A stretch of 32,000 bases of DNA from Candidatus Iainarchaeum sp. (GCA_028710695.1 JAQTTP010000001.1:120001-152000); one strand, 5' to 3'. Shown: positions 16,784 through 26,183, counted from the first letter of the stretch. Notes: generated from the letters alone by a model not told the origin. Translations and numbers: made by a program.

Positions 16784-17797
16784 ATGATAAAAATGCTTAC
16801 AAAATTTGAAAATAATGATTTTTCTGTAGACGAATTCTATTCTGAAATTTCTAAAAAACTAAAAGGCTATGAATTTTCATCTTTTGCTTTGGGCGTGGGG
16901 TATCCAAAAGAAATTAAAGAAGAAACAAAAAAGAAATTAAGAGTAGACTTTCAAAAAGGACTTGTTTACAAAATATCAAAAGAATTAAACAAAAAAGTAG
17001 ATTACAAAAACAAAGATATTTTGATAATTATTGATCTTATTGGAAAAAAAATAGAATATGTTTTCAAGCCGATTTATGTGCAAGGCAGATATAATAAATA
17101 TTCAAGAGAGTTACCACAAACATATCGCTATTGCTTTAAGTGCAGAGGAAAAGGATGCAAGCTGTGTGACGGAAAAGGGAAACTTTCTGAAACATCTGTT
17201 GAGGAAATATTAAGAGAGTATTTTTTAGAACTTTTTGCTGCAGAGGAACTTAAGTTTCATGGGGCTGGAAGAGAAGATGTGGATGTTTTGATGCTTGGAA
17301 ATGGAAGGCCATTTGTTTTAGAGCTTGCTGAGCCAAGAAAAAGAAGTATTTCAAAAAAAGAGTTGAAAGATTTAGAGAAAAAAATAAATCTTAATGAAAA
17401 AGAGATACAAATACATAAACTGAAGTTTTGTAAAGAAGAAAAAGTAGAAAAAATAAAACAAGCAGACCACAAAAAATTATACCTTGCTTTAGTTGAATGT
17501 GATGAAAAAATTTCACAGAAGGAAATAAAGGCGTTAAAAGGAAAACATTATGTAAAACAGAGGACTCCTGAGAGGGTTTCTGCAAGAAGAAGCGATTTAA
17601 TTAGAGAAAGAGTTGGAAAAATAAAGAAAGTAGAATATGTTTCTGAAAATGAATTCAAGGTCTGGATAAAAGCAGATGCAGGCTTATACATAAAAGAGTT
17701 TATTTCCGGGGATGCCGGCAGATCAATACCATCTGTATCTGAGTTATTAGGAAAAAAGTGTAAATGTAAACAGCTAGATGTTTTGAAGATACTTTAA
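16784..17797 (+). CDS. pus10: tRNA pseudouridine synthase Pus10
   Basis: 'FHGAGREDVDVLMLGNGRPFVLELAEPRK', 'KQRTPERVSARRSDLIRERVG', 'GLYIKEFISGDAGRSIPSVSELLGKKCKCKQLDVL' are Pus10 signatures. Confidence 0.93.
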   Translation: MIKMLTKFENNDFSVDEFYSEISKKLKGYEFSSFALGVGYPKEIKEETKKKLRVDFQKGLVYKISKELNKKVDYKNKDILIIIDLIGKKIEYVFKPIYVQGRYNKYSRELPQTYRYCFKCRGKGCKLCDGKGKLSETSVEEILREYFLELFAAEELKFHGAGREDVDVLMLGNGRPFVLELAEPRKRSISKKELKDLEKKINLNEKEIQIHKLKFCKEEKVEKIKQADHKKLYLALVECDEKISQKEIKALKGKHYVKQRTPERVSARRSDLIRERVGKIKKVEYVSENEFKVWIKADAGLYIKEFISGDAGRSIPSVSELLGKKCKCKQLDVLKIL

Positions 17798-17810
17798 TAT
17801 TTTTTACTCC

Positions 17811-18950
17811 CTAAAATTTTATTTTTTCTATTTTCTTAATTGCTTCTTTTACTAATTCTGGATTAATTTCTTTTTCAAAATTTTCTAAATCTTCCAATTT
17901 AGATTTTGTTTCTGGATGTTGTGAAACCAAAAGAGAGCAACAATCTTCGTAAGGAAGTATTGAGATTTCATATGTGCCTATTTTCTTTGCAATATCAATT
18001 GTTTCTAATTTATCAAAACCAATAAGTGGATGTAGGATTGGAATTGATGCTGCTGAATAAGTTGTTTTTATGTTATCTAAAGTTTGAGATGCTACTTGCC
18101 CCAAATTATCTCCTGTAACTAATGCTTTGTAATTCTCTTTTCTTGCAAGCATGCTGGCAATTTTGAACATATATCTTTTGTATACCAACATTCTGTACTT
18201 TGATGGAACTTTTAGAATAATTTCTTTTTGTAAATCTTTGAATGGAACAATAAATAGTTTTGAATCAAGCTGGTATTCTGTTAATTTTGAAACTAATTTT
18301 TTTATCTTGTCTAAGGCTGCGCGAGAATTGATTGTGTCATTAAAGAAATGGATATAATGAACTATTGTGCCTCTTTTTGAAATCATAAAAGATGCTACCG
18401 GGCTGTCTATTCCGCCTGAGAGAAGAGATAGAACTTTTCCATCAGTAGTAATTGGCAAGCCCCCTAAGCCAGTGATCTTGTCAAAGAAGATGTAGATTTT
18501 ATTACTGCAAATTTCAATGAAGATCTCTTTTGTGAACTTTTTAATATCTGCATTGAAGCCTTTTGAAATTAGGTAATCTGCAAGCTTTTTGTTTATTTCT
18601 GGAGATGTAAGTTCAAACTTTTTGTTTTGCCTTTTTGTAGAAATTCTGTAAACTTCTTTTTTTGTAACTACTTTGTCAAGGATCTTTTCTATTTTTTTCA
18701 AATCAAGATCAACTGAAAATCCAATACCTATGTTTTGGATTCCGGGAATTTTTTTAAGAATCTCAATGATTTTTTCATTACTTGTATCCAGAATAATTTT
18801 TCCATAATTTCTTTTTGCCTTTTTTGTAGTTATGCCAGTAAGTTTTTTGTTTATGTGATCTACAAGGGCCTTTTCAAAATGGATTCTATTTTCTCCTTTT
18901 GTGGCAATTTCATTATAATGTATTACAATAACTGAATTTGTAGTATTCAT
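17811..18950 (-). CDS. thiI: Probable tRNA 4-thiouridine sulfurtransferase
   Basis: 'VIVIHYNEIATKGENRIHFEKAL' N-terminal motif, THUMP region, 'LLSGGIDSPVASFMISKRG' PP-loop, 'LPYEDCCSLLVSQHPETKS' near the C-terminus. Start likely the internal Met (MNTTNS...); exact coordinate approximate. Confidence 0.9.
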   Translation of the reverse strand: MNTTNSVIVIHYNEIATKGENRIHFEKALVDHINKKLTGITTKKAKRNYGKIILDTSNEKIIEILKKIPGIQNIGIGFSVDLDLKKIEKILDKVVTKKEVYRISTKRQNKKFELTSPEINKKLADYLISKGFNADIKKFTKEIFIEICSNKIYIFFDKITGLGGLPITTDGKVLSLLSGGIDSPVASFMISKRGTIVHYIHFFNDTINSRAALDKIKKLVSKLTEYQLDSKLFIVPFKDLQKEIILKVPSKYRMLVYKRYMFKIASMLARKENYKALVTGDNLGQVASQTLDNIKTTYSAASIPILHPLIGFDKLETIDIAKKIGTYEISILPYEDCCSLLVSQHPETKSKLEDLENFEKEINPELVKEAIKKIEKIKF

Positions 18951-19068
18951 AATAATCACACTAATCACAATCTAGAATAACCTATTAGTATATATATGCA
19001 TTGCAACAAATTATATATAAAAGAATTAGGTTTTTTAGGTTACAATTATACTAAAAAGGTATTTTTTA

Positions 19069-19284
19069 ATGGATAAAAAGGTATATGAAATTAAGGTAAT
19101 ACCGAGTTCGAAAACCGAAGAGGTTTTTGAGGAAAATGGAATATTAAAAGCAAAATTAAAAGCAAAGGCAGAAAAAGGAGAGGCTAATAAGGCTTTGATA
19201 GTTCTGCTTGAAAAGCATTTTAAAGGCAAAGTAACTTTGCTTCGGGGGCATACTTCTCGTAAGAAGATTGTCCTTGTTGAGTGA
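19069..19284 (+). CDS. DUF167 (YggU) family protein
   Basis: 'IKVIPSSKTEEVFEENGILKAKLKAKAEKGEANKALIVLLEKHF...VTLLRGHTSRKKIVLVE' fits the DUF167 pattern. Confidence 0.88.
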   Translation: MDKKVYEIKVIPSSKTEEVFEENGILKAKLKAKAEKGEANKALIVLLEKHFKGKVTLLRGHTSRKKIVLVE

Positions 19285-19317
19285 CCTAATTCTTTTTTTT
19301 ACATTGGAGGAATAATT

Positions 19318-20787
19318 ATGGCGAAAACATACATGAGTCATACTAAATACATTATTTATCAAAAATTTAAGGTAAAAGGTGTAGTTGAAAAGCATGATAT
19401 AATAGGTGCAATCTTTGGGCAAAGTGAAGGCCTAACTGGCGAGGACTTGTCCTTAAAAGAGTTGCAGAGTAATGGAAAGATTGGAAGAATTGAACTATCT
19501 GTAGAATCTAGTAATGGTGCTTCAGTTGGAACAATAGAAATTCCATCAAGTGCAGATATGGTTGAGACCGCAATTTTGGCAGCAACAATAGAAGCTGTAG
19601 ATAAGGTTGGTCCTTGTGATGCAGAATTTGTTACTGAGAAGATTGAAGATACCAGAACTGTGAAGAGAAAGAATATAATCTTAAGAGCAAAGTCTTTGTT
19701 ATCAACTTTAATAAAAGATCAGATCCCTGATAGCCAGGAGATTACAAGAGAAGTTGAAGAAGAAGTAAGATCTTCAGAGATTACTAGTTATGGATATGAT
19801 AAGATCCCTTGTGGACCAACAATAAACGAGTCTGAAGAAATAATTCTAGTAGAGGGAAGAGCAGATGTAATAAATTTGTTGAAATACAACATAAAGAACG
19901 TTGTTGCATTTGGTGGATCAAATATAACTAGAACTGTTGTTGATCTATGTAATAAAAAGACTTGTTTGGTATTCATTGACGGAGATAGGGGCGGAGAACT
20001 AAACTTAAAGAAGCTAATGCAGATGACGAGCGTAGATTTCATTGCAAGAGCTCCACACGGAAAGGAAGTTGAAGAATTAACTAAAAAAGAAATCCTGATG
20101 TGCCTAAAGAAGAAAATGCCAATAATACAAACAAAGAAAGAAACTTCTGCAGGATCAATGGACCTTGAATTATCTGATTTAGATAGTTCGCCTATTGCGG
20201 AAGATAAATCAAATGGAAAGCCAGACATTGCTTGGGTTGACAAAAAGGCAGCTGAATTAGTTTCTTCAAAGGTACCTCTTGTGGTAGAACCTAAGAGAGA
20301 AGAGCCAAAGAAAGAAGAAGTAAGAAAAGAAGAGCCAAAAGTAGAACCAAGACGAACAGATTTTAAACAATTTGAACCACGGCAAGATTACAGGAAGCCA
20401 GAGTTTAGGGAAGAACATAGAGAAGATAAAAGAGAAGAAAGGAAATTCTTTAGTAAGCCTTTGTTCAAGCCAAGAGAACAGTCACAAAGACCAGCACAAG
20501 ACAGAAAACTTGTTGAGGGCGTAGATGTTCTTGATGAAATGAACAAGATTAAAGGTAAGCTTAAGGCAAACTTCTATACTCAAGGAAAGTTCATAGAATC
20601 TATTGCTGTAAAAGATCTAATGAAAGGCCTAAAAGAGAAGAAAGGAATCTCAATGATAATCTTTGACGGCATAGTTACAAAGAGATTAGCAGAAATGGCT
20701 AAGTCTAAGGGCGTAGCTGAAATAGTTGGCCTTAAAGTAGGAAAGATGAGCAAGATCAAGGGAATAAATATAACTTCCCTTGAATAG
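19318..20787 (+). CDS. dnaG: Archaeal DnaG-type primase
   Basis: 'GAIFGQSEGLTGEDLSLKELQSNGKIGRIEL', TOPRIM 'EEIILVEGRADVINLLKYNIKNVVAFGG...LVFIDGDRGGE', SD 'ggagg' upstream. Confidence 0.95.
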   Translation: MAKTYMSHTKYIIYQKFKVKGVVEKHDIIGAIFGQSEGLTGEDLSLKELQSNGKIGRIELSVESSNGASVGTIEIPSSADMVETAILAATIEAVDKVGPCDAEFVTEKIEDTRTVKRKNIILRAKSLLSTLIKDQIPDSQEITREVEEEVRSSEITSYGYDKIPCGPTINESEEIILVEGRADVINLLKYNIKNVVAFGGSNITRTVVDLCNKKTCLVFIDGDRGGELNLKKLMQMTSVDFIARAPHGKEVEELTKKEILMCLKKKMPIIQTKKETSAGSMDLELSDLDSSPIAEDKSNGKPDIAWVDKKAAELVSSKVPLVVEPKREEPKKEEVRKEEPKVEPRRTDFKQFEPRQDYRKPEFREEHREDKREERKFFSKPLFKPREQSQRPAQDRKLVEGVDVLDEMNKIKGKLKANFYTQGKFIESIAVKDLMKGLKEKKGISMIIFDGIVTKRLAEMAKSKGVAEIVGLKVGKMSKIKGINITSLE

Positions 20788-20853
20788 TTCTTTTTTCCCT
20801 TTTTTTATTCTTTTTCTTTTTATATTATAAACTTTTACGTCTTATATTTTTGC

Positions 20854-21558
20854 ATGTATTCACAAGATCGTTCTTTAGAAGGTATTCCTGAATCTGAATG
20901 GAAAGAACTTTCTAAAAGAATTTCAGAAGCTGGCGGACGAGTTTTACTGCTTGTTCATCCTTTTTATAACTCTGTAACTGACAAGAGATATTATGATACT
21001 CTTTATGCGCTGTTGAGAAAATCAAAAATACCAATAATTACACTAGAAGAAGAACGTAGAATCCATGAAACAAATGGTAGATTTAAAGCATTTGGGGCAA
21101 AACAAGTTTTTTTTATTTCTACAGCCCCCGGGTCTTCAGAAGTAATTGTTGGAAAAAAACAAGCTGTTGATTTAAGAGGTAATACTTATGGTTATGACCA
21201 TTATGATTACGGACTTACAGTTTTTCATGATAAATTAAAATCCCTTGGTGTTAGACATTTGTTTATTGGCGGTCAAAAAACACATTATGTTGAGCATGAA
21301 CGATGGCACCCTTTACTTGGACACAAAATACCCGTAGAAAAAAAGCATTTAAAAGAAACAATTGAATTAGAATCTAAACGATATCCACACCTGAGAACAC
21401 CCCCTGGGAAAACAATTTTACTTGGTTGTGCAGGAGATCATTATAGTCGTGCATTAAAACGCTTAGAAAAAGTTACTTTAATACCAAATTTGGTATCACC
21501 TGATAAGCCAATTAGAAAAAAAAGATCTCCTTGGCTTAGAAAGTTACGCCCCAAATAA
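20854..21558 (+). CDS. Hypothetical protein
   Basis: Clean 234-aa frame ('EAGGRVLLLVHPFYNS...GVRHLFIGGQKTHYVEHERWHPLLGH...'). Family not recognised. Confidence 0.7.
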   Translation: MYSQDRSLEGIPESEWKELSKRISEAGGRVLLLVHPFYNSVTDKRYYDTLYALLRKSKIPIITLEEERRIHETNGRFKAFGAKQVFFISTAPGSSEVIVGKKQAVDLRGNTYGYDHYDYGLTVFHDKLKSLGVRHLFIGGQKTHYVEHERWHPLLGHKIPVEKKHLKETIELESKRYPHLRTPPGKTILLGCAGDHYSRALKRLEKVTLIPNLVSPDKPIRKKRSPWLRKLRPK

Positions 21559-22248
21559 TTATTTTATTATTTCTTTAACAATTTTGTAGACTTCTTTTTG
21601 TATTTCTTCAATTGACTTTGGCTTGTTTTTTTCAAAGCAAACAATTCTTTTCCAATTCTCTGATTTATCATTTTCTAAACAAAACAAATAAGCACTTTCT
21701 GCATTTTTTAAATGATTTGCATCTGCTTCATGGAGATCTCTTTTTTTGCCTTTTGTATATTCTCTTGCATCCTTTTTATCAACTAACTGTTGTCCTATTA
21801 AAGGATCCATGTGTAATAATAAGGTTAAATCTGGCTTTGGAATTCCTAAAATATTATATTCTAAATCATTAACCCAAGTTAGGAATGCATCTCTCTCTTT
21901 ATCAGATGCTATTTTGCCAAGTTGGTGGCCTTTATTTGAAGATGTGTATCTATTTGAAATAACTGTAACTCCATTATTTAGCCATTCTCTTATCTGGAAG
22001 CTAGCTGCAAATCTATCTAAAGCATAAAACAAGGATGCTTTCTTAGCGCTTACTTGTTCAAGAGTTCCAAATTCCCCGCGAAGATACCTTGCAACAAATT
22101 CAGCAGACCAGTTTCCATATTGCGGGAAATCTGCAGTTTTTACCTCTTTGCCTTCAGAGATTAATTTATTAACCAGGAGGTCCATTTGGGTTTTCTTGCC
22201 AGATCCATCAGTTCCATCTATAACAATAAACTTTCCTTTCTGCACCAT
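21559..22248 (-). CDS. tmk: Thymidylate kinase (dTMP kinase)
   Basis: P-loop 'FIVIDGTDGSGKKTQMDLLVNKL', 'ADFPQYG', 'NRYTSSNKGHQLGK' DRY-like, 'YTKGKKRDLHE' lid. Confidence 0.9.
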   Translation of the reverse strand: MVQKGKFIVIDGTDGSGKKTQMDLLVNKLISEGKEVKTADFPQYGNWSAEFVARYLRGEFGTLEQVSAKKASLFYALDRFAASFQIREWLNNGVTVISNRYTSSNKGHQLGKIASDKERDAFLTWVNDLEYNILGIPKPDLTLLLHMDPLIGQQLVDKKDAREYTKGKKRDLHEADANHLKNAESAYLFCLENDKSENWKRIVCFEKNKPKSIEEIQKEVYKIVKEIIK

Positions 22249-22297
22249 AATAAAATTAGGCTTTTTGTTTTATAAAGATTTTGCTTTTTATCTTATT

Positions 22298-23575
22298 ATG
22301 GATGTTATTCTTGCACTGATTATTATTGCCACCATTTTACTGCTTGGTGTTTTTGGAGAATTCTTCTTTAGGAAGACGGGGATACCAGATGCTCTTTGGC
22401 TAATTCTATTTGGATTTGCAATAACTACTTTATTCAATATTATAAGCCCACAAGCTTTTTCAGCAATAATACCTATCTTTGTAGTTGTTACTTTGGTAGT
22501 TATTCTGTTTGAAGGCGGATTACATCTAAAACTTACTGGTGTTGTTAAAGCCTCTTTGGCAGGCATGGGGCTAGCCATATTATTTTTTATATTTTCAGTT
22601 ATCATTGTAACTGGAATTACCTATTTGATGAGCGTTCTTGGATTTTATCCTGGCTGGAATTTATGGACTGGGGTGTTGCTAGGGGCAATACTCGGTGGAA
22701 CATCTTCTGTAGGTGTTATTGCTTTAGTTCAATTTGCGAATCTTGGTGAAGAAGCATCAGATATATTGGTGGTTGAATCAGCATTTAATGATGCTTTATG
22801 TATTGTTGTAGTAAGCACATTAGTGGTTTATCTATTAGGGGCAACTAGCTCAGTAGGAATAAAATCAGTTCTTCAAGGTATTTCTTCTGGGTTTGCAATA
22901 GGCATTGTTATTGGCATAGCATTTGGATTTATTTGGCTTTATTTGCTGTATAAACTTGAAAGCAACAAAGATATGAAAAATTATTTTTATTTTTTTACTT
23001 TGGCGGCGCTATTTTTTATTTACATTCTTACTGATTATGTTGGCGGTTCAGCAGTAATCGCTTGTTTTATTTTTGGTCTAATTATGGGAAATACCCTTTT
23101 GATAAAACAATTATTTAAAATCGAAAGAATGTATGAAGTTGATAAAGAGTTACTGTTAATAAATTCACAGTTGGCATTTTTAATAAAAAGCTTTTTCTTT
23201 GTGTTAATTGGAATGCTTTTAGTTCTAGACTACAAACTGTGGATTTATGGATTAATAATAACAGTCTTTTTACTAATCCCTCGAATACTTGCAATTCTTA
23301 TTGTCCCATCTACTCGAAAGATTGAAAAGACAAAAAGAACTTTGCTTTATTTTATTTATCCTAAAGGTTTAGCAGCAGGAATATTAGCCATAAGTTTAGC
23401 AAACGCACCGGGATTAGATAAAGCAATACCAACAATTTCGTGGTTTGTGCCGATAATATTTTCTACAATATTTTTGTCGATATTGATGTCAACAATAAGT
23501 TTGGGAATTTATAGGTGGAAAATGAAAAAAACACAAGTACAAGGAGATAATACAAATGTTGATACCAATAGTTAA
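22298..23575 (+). CDS. CPA-type cation/H+ (Na+/H+) antiporter
   Basis: Multi-TM protein starting 'MDVILALIIIATILLLGVFGEFFFRKTGIPDALWLILFG', 'LFEGGLHL', 'LLGAILGGTSSVGVIALVQF...LVVESAFNDALCIVV'. ATG 22298; the track start at 22148 overlaps tmk and is unlikely. Confidence 0.88.
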   Translation: MDVILALIIIATILLLGVFGEFFFRKTGIPDALWLILFGFAITTLFNIISPQAFSAIIPIFVVVTLVVILFEGGLHLKLTGVVKASLAGMGLAILFFIFSVIIVTGITYLMSVLGFYPGWNLWTGVLLGAILGGTSSVGVIALVQFANLGEEASDILVVESAFNDALCIVVVSTLVVYLLGATSSVGIKSVLQGISSGFAIGIVIGIAFGFIWLYLLYKLESNKDMKNYFYFFTLAALFFIYILTDYVGGSAVIACFIFGLIMGNTLLIKQLFKIERMYEVDKELLLINSQLAFLIKSFFFVLIGMLLVLDYKLWIYGLIITVFLLIPRILAILIVPSTRKIEKTKRTLLYFIYPKGLAAGILAISLANAPGLDKAIPTISWFVPIIFSTIFLSILMSTISLGIYRWKMKKTQVQGDNTNVDTNS

Positions 23576-24038
23576 TGAAAAAGACAAAATAATATGCTAT
23601 AAAGACAGAGATAGTATCGGACAAAAAGACATTTATCGTGTTTCTGCTTTGTGGATAATTAATTCTAAAAGTGAGTTTCTTCTTGCAAAAAGGGTAAAAA
23701 CAAAAAAGAATAATCCAGGAAAGTGGGGGCCAGCAGTTGCTGGAACAGTTGAAAAAGGAGAAACATACAAACAGAATATTTTAAAAGAAACAAAAGAAGA
23801 GCTAGGATTAGATCCTAAAGGCCTTAGACAAGGGCCAAAGATAAAAAACACAGGCGAACATAACTTTTTTTGTCAGTGGTATTTTTTAAAGCAAGATAAA
23901 GATGAAAAAGAATTTGATTTTGATAAAAAAGAAGTTGATGAAGTAAAGTGGTTTTCAAAGAAAGAATTTGAAAAAGAATATCTTAAGAACCCAGAACTGT
24001 TTTTGAAAAACGCACCATTTTGGGTTAACACCTTCTAA
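23556..24038 (+). CDS. NUDIX hydrolase
   Basis: Nudix box 'GTVEKGETYKQNILKETKEELGLD'. SD 'aaggag' upstream. Overlaps the antiporter 3' end by 20 nt. Confidence 0.9.
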   Translation: MLIPIVNEKDKIICYKDRDSIGQKDIYRVSALWIINSKSEFLLAKRVKTKKNNPGKWGPAVAGTVEKGETYKQNILKETKEELGLDPKGLRQGPKIKNTGEHNFFCQWYFLKQDKDEKEFDFDKKEVDEVKWFSKKEFEKEYLKNPELFLKNAPFWVNTF

Positions 24039-24499
24039 GGGCAAAATAGTCTTGTTAAAAGTTTTTTTGCATCATCTTTTGTTTTTTCCTTTGCTGCGAT
24101 TAATATTATTTCATTTTCTATTTCTGCATATTCTGGTTGTTTTAAAACCAGCAATGTTTTTTCAGGAGGTTTAAGAGTAGTGGCTTTATTCTCCGCCGCA
24201 TAGGCAAGATTGTAACTTATTTCTGATAAAATCAATGCAGATCTTTTATTTCCATCCGAAAATGGGTGTCTGGTAGATATAAAGATAAGACAATTAGCTG
24301 CAACATCAATCGGTTTTAATCTTTTTATTACTGTATCTTGTACTAAGTTATAAATTATAAAGTCAAGGGTGGACTCTGATCGGATTCCAAGTTCCCCCCC
24401 AGTTTTTTCTATTATTAAATTATGTATTTCAATAAATCTTGATTTTATTTGTTGTTCTAATTTAATTATTCTTTCTCCAATATGTTTGTCAATTTCCAA
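24035..24499 (-). CDS. Doc/Fic-like protein (possible toxin)
   Basis: 'HPFSDGNKRSALIL' matches the Doc/Fic HxFx[DE]GNKR motif. 'FIEIHNLIIEKTGGELGIRSESTLDFII' matches the Doc N-terminal pattern. TTG start directly after a small ORF. Confidence 0.82.
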   Translation of the reverse strand: MEIDKHIGERIIKLEQQIKSRFIEIHNLIIEKTGGELGIRSESTLDFIIYNLVQDTVIKRLKPIDVAANCLIFISTRHPFSDGNKRSALILSEISYNLAYAAENKATTLKPPEKTLLVLKQPEYAEIENEIILIAAKEKTKDDAKKLLTRLFCP

Positions 24500-24503
24500 A
24501 TAA

Positions 24504-24638
24504 TCACTTTGTTGATAGACTCTTGAATAATGGGGCGTGCTTTGTTAGTATTTTTGAAACTCTTTTTTTAATATTGCTTTTGTTTTTTAGTTTCTTTTCC
24601 ATTTGCCCTATTCTTTTGTTTATATCCTTCGAAGTCAT
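24504..24638 (-). CDS. Small basic ORF upstream of the Doc-like gene (candidate antitoxin or leader peptide)
   Basis: Manual translation: MTSKDINKRIGQMEKKLKNKSNIKKRVSKILTKHAPLFKSLSTK*, 44 aa. ATG at 24638 with SD-like 'aggtg' and an upstream AT-rich 'tttatattaata'. Its stop lies 4 nt before the TTG start of the Doc-like gene. Not in the supplied ORF track. Confidence 0.5.
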   Translation of the reverse strand: MTSKDINKRIGQMEKKLKNKSNIKKRVSKILTKHAPLFKSLSTK

Positions 24639-24668
24639 AAATAATATTCACCTTTTATTAATATAAAT

Positions 24669-26117
24669 CTATTTCCCTTTCTTCTCAGAATATAATTTAT
24701 TTATCAGTTCTTCTGGGTCTTCGTAGTACTTCTGAATGTATTGGGTAATCTCTTTGTATTCTTCTATTCCTTTGTTTAACAAGAATTCTAAAATCTTTTC
24801 TCTTAACTCAATTTCATCATAAATCTTTACTTTCTCTACGCCCATTGCCTTTGCAACATTTTCTAGAGTTCTTGATGGCACAGAACTTCTATTGGCCTTA
24901 TCATCGTCTTTGTCATATTCAAATACATTGCTTAGAAGAACTTTGTTGTCCATTCTTTCTATCTCCGCTATTTCTGAAACAAATCTTGTAATTCCTTTTT
25001 TGGTGTCAAATTGCTTTTTTATTGTTACTATTAAATTAAGCAAAGGGAGATTTGATTCTGGGATTGACATGGGCTCGCTTTTCAATCTGATAATTGCTTC
25101 TTTAGAATTGTTTGCGTGTAATGTGCCTAAAAGGCCATTGTGGCCTGTGTCCATAGCCGTAAACATGGTTCTTGCTTCTTCTCCTCTTACCTCTCCAACA
25201 ATTATTCTATCTGGTCGCATTCTCAAGGAGTTTTTTAGTAGCATATCCATAGTAACTTCTTCAACTGTACTTGTTTTTGGTCTTGCTTCAAGGGATATCC
25301 AATTCTCCCTATCTGATAAATTTAGCTCTGGGGTGTCTTCAATAGAAACTATCCTTTCATTATATCTTATGAAAGATGTTAAGGCAAAAAGCAGGGTTGT
25401 TTTTCCTGATCCTGAACCGCCAATAACTAGGGTGCTTTGTGGGCACAATCTGAATCCATCTATGCAAACCCACAAAAATGCTGCGGCCTCTTTTGAGATT
25501 GTATTATTTTTTATTAAAGATACAATGGATAGTGGCTTTTCAGTAAATTTTCTAATTGTAATTGTTGGGCTAAAAGGGGTTACATAATTTGAGGTAATAT
25601 TTATTCTTGAGCCATCAGGTAATCGGCCATCTAAAACTGGGTTGTGTTCATCTAATTTCTTTGAAGTTAGGTTTTGTAATTTATTTAAAAATGTAAGATA
25701 CTCTTCTTTTGTGAAATTAATATTTGTTTTACAAAGCCCTTCTTTTTTGTGGAATATGAATATTGGGGAATCTGTTTTATTTACCATAATTTCTTCGATT
25801 TCATCATTATCGAAAAAGAAGCTTAAGCCACCGTATCCAGATAAATATAAACTTATTGCTTCTGGCTGTTTTATAGATCCCATTCCAGATTTTGAAAGCA
25901 ATTCTTTTACAGTGGTGTTTAGGTCATCTTGTTCTATTTTATTTGGAAAAGTGCTGTTTGACATAACAAAATCTAGCTTTGAAAGTGCTTCTTTTAGAAA
26001 GGAGTCTCCTTTTTTTGAAAGATCTTTAATTTTTTTGATAAAAGAGTAGATTTCTTCTTTGTTCGAAACCTTGTAAATTTTAAAAGGATAATCTTGTTCT
26101 ATGGTATGCTCGCTCAT
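24669..26117 (-). CDS. Type II/IV secretion or archaeal pilus-type ATPase (VirB11/GspE/CpaF-like)
   Basis: Walker A 'VIGGSGSGKTTLLFAL', 'IVSIEDTPELNL', 'RMRPDRIIVGEVRGEEARTMFTAMDTGHNGLLGTLHANNSKEAI'. ATG start 26117 (MSEHTIEQ). Confidence 0.92.
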   Translation of the reverse strand: MSEHTIEQDYPFKIYKVSNKEEIYSFIKKIKDLSKKGDSFLKEALSKLDFVMSNSTFPNKIEQDDLNTTVKELLSKSGMGSIKQPEAISLYLSGYGGLSFFFDNDEIEEIMVNKTDSPIFIFHKKEGLCKTNINFTKEEYLTFLNKLQNLTSKKLDEHNPVLDGRLPDGSRINITSNYVTPFSPTITIRKFTEKPLSIVSLIKNNTISKEAAAFLWVCIDGFRLCPQSTLVIGGSGSGKTTLLFALTSFIRYNERIVSIEDTPELNLSDRENWISLEARPKTSTVEEVTMDMLLKNSLRMRPDRIIVGEVRGEEARTMFTAMDTGHNGLLGTLHANNSKEAIIRLKSEPMSIPESNLPLLNLIVTIKKQFDTKKGITRFVSEIAEIERMDNKVLLSNVFEYDKDDDKANRSSVPSRTLENVAKAMGVEKVKIYDEIELREKILEFLLNKGIEEYKEITQYIQKYYEDPEELINKLYSEKKGK

Positions 26118-26183
26118 AAAAACCACCGGTCGATAGTATATATTTCATAAAATAATATAAACCTCTGTGTTATATATCAAGAT

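Noticed and set aside
19000-19068. AT-rich tract between thiI and the DUF167 gene ('agtatatatatgcattg...')
   Set aside because: Best explained as back-to-back archaeal promoters for the divergent genes; no further structure supported.
22148-22297. N-terminal extension of the antiporter in the ORF track
   Set aside because: Overlaps the 5' end of tmk. The natural Met at 22298 begins directly with the first TM helix.
24892-25587. 231-aa plus-strand ORF opposite the secretion ATPase
   Set aside because: Shadow ORF opposite a clear Walker-A ATPase. Its sequence is a reverse-complement artefact rich in Ser/Leu.
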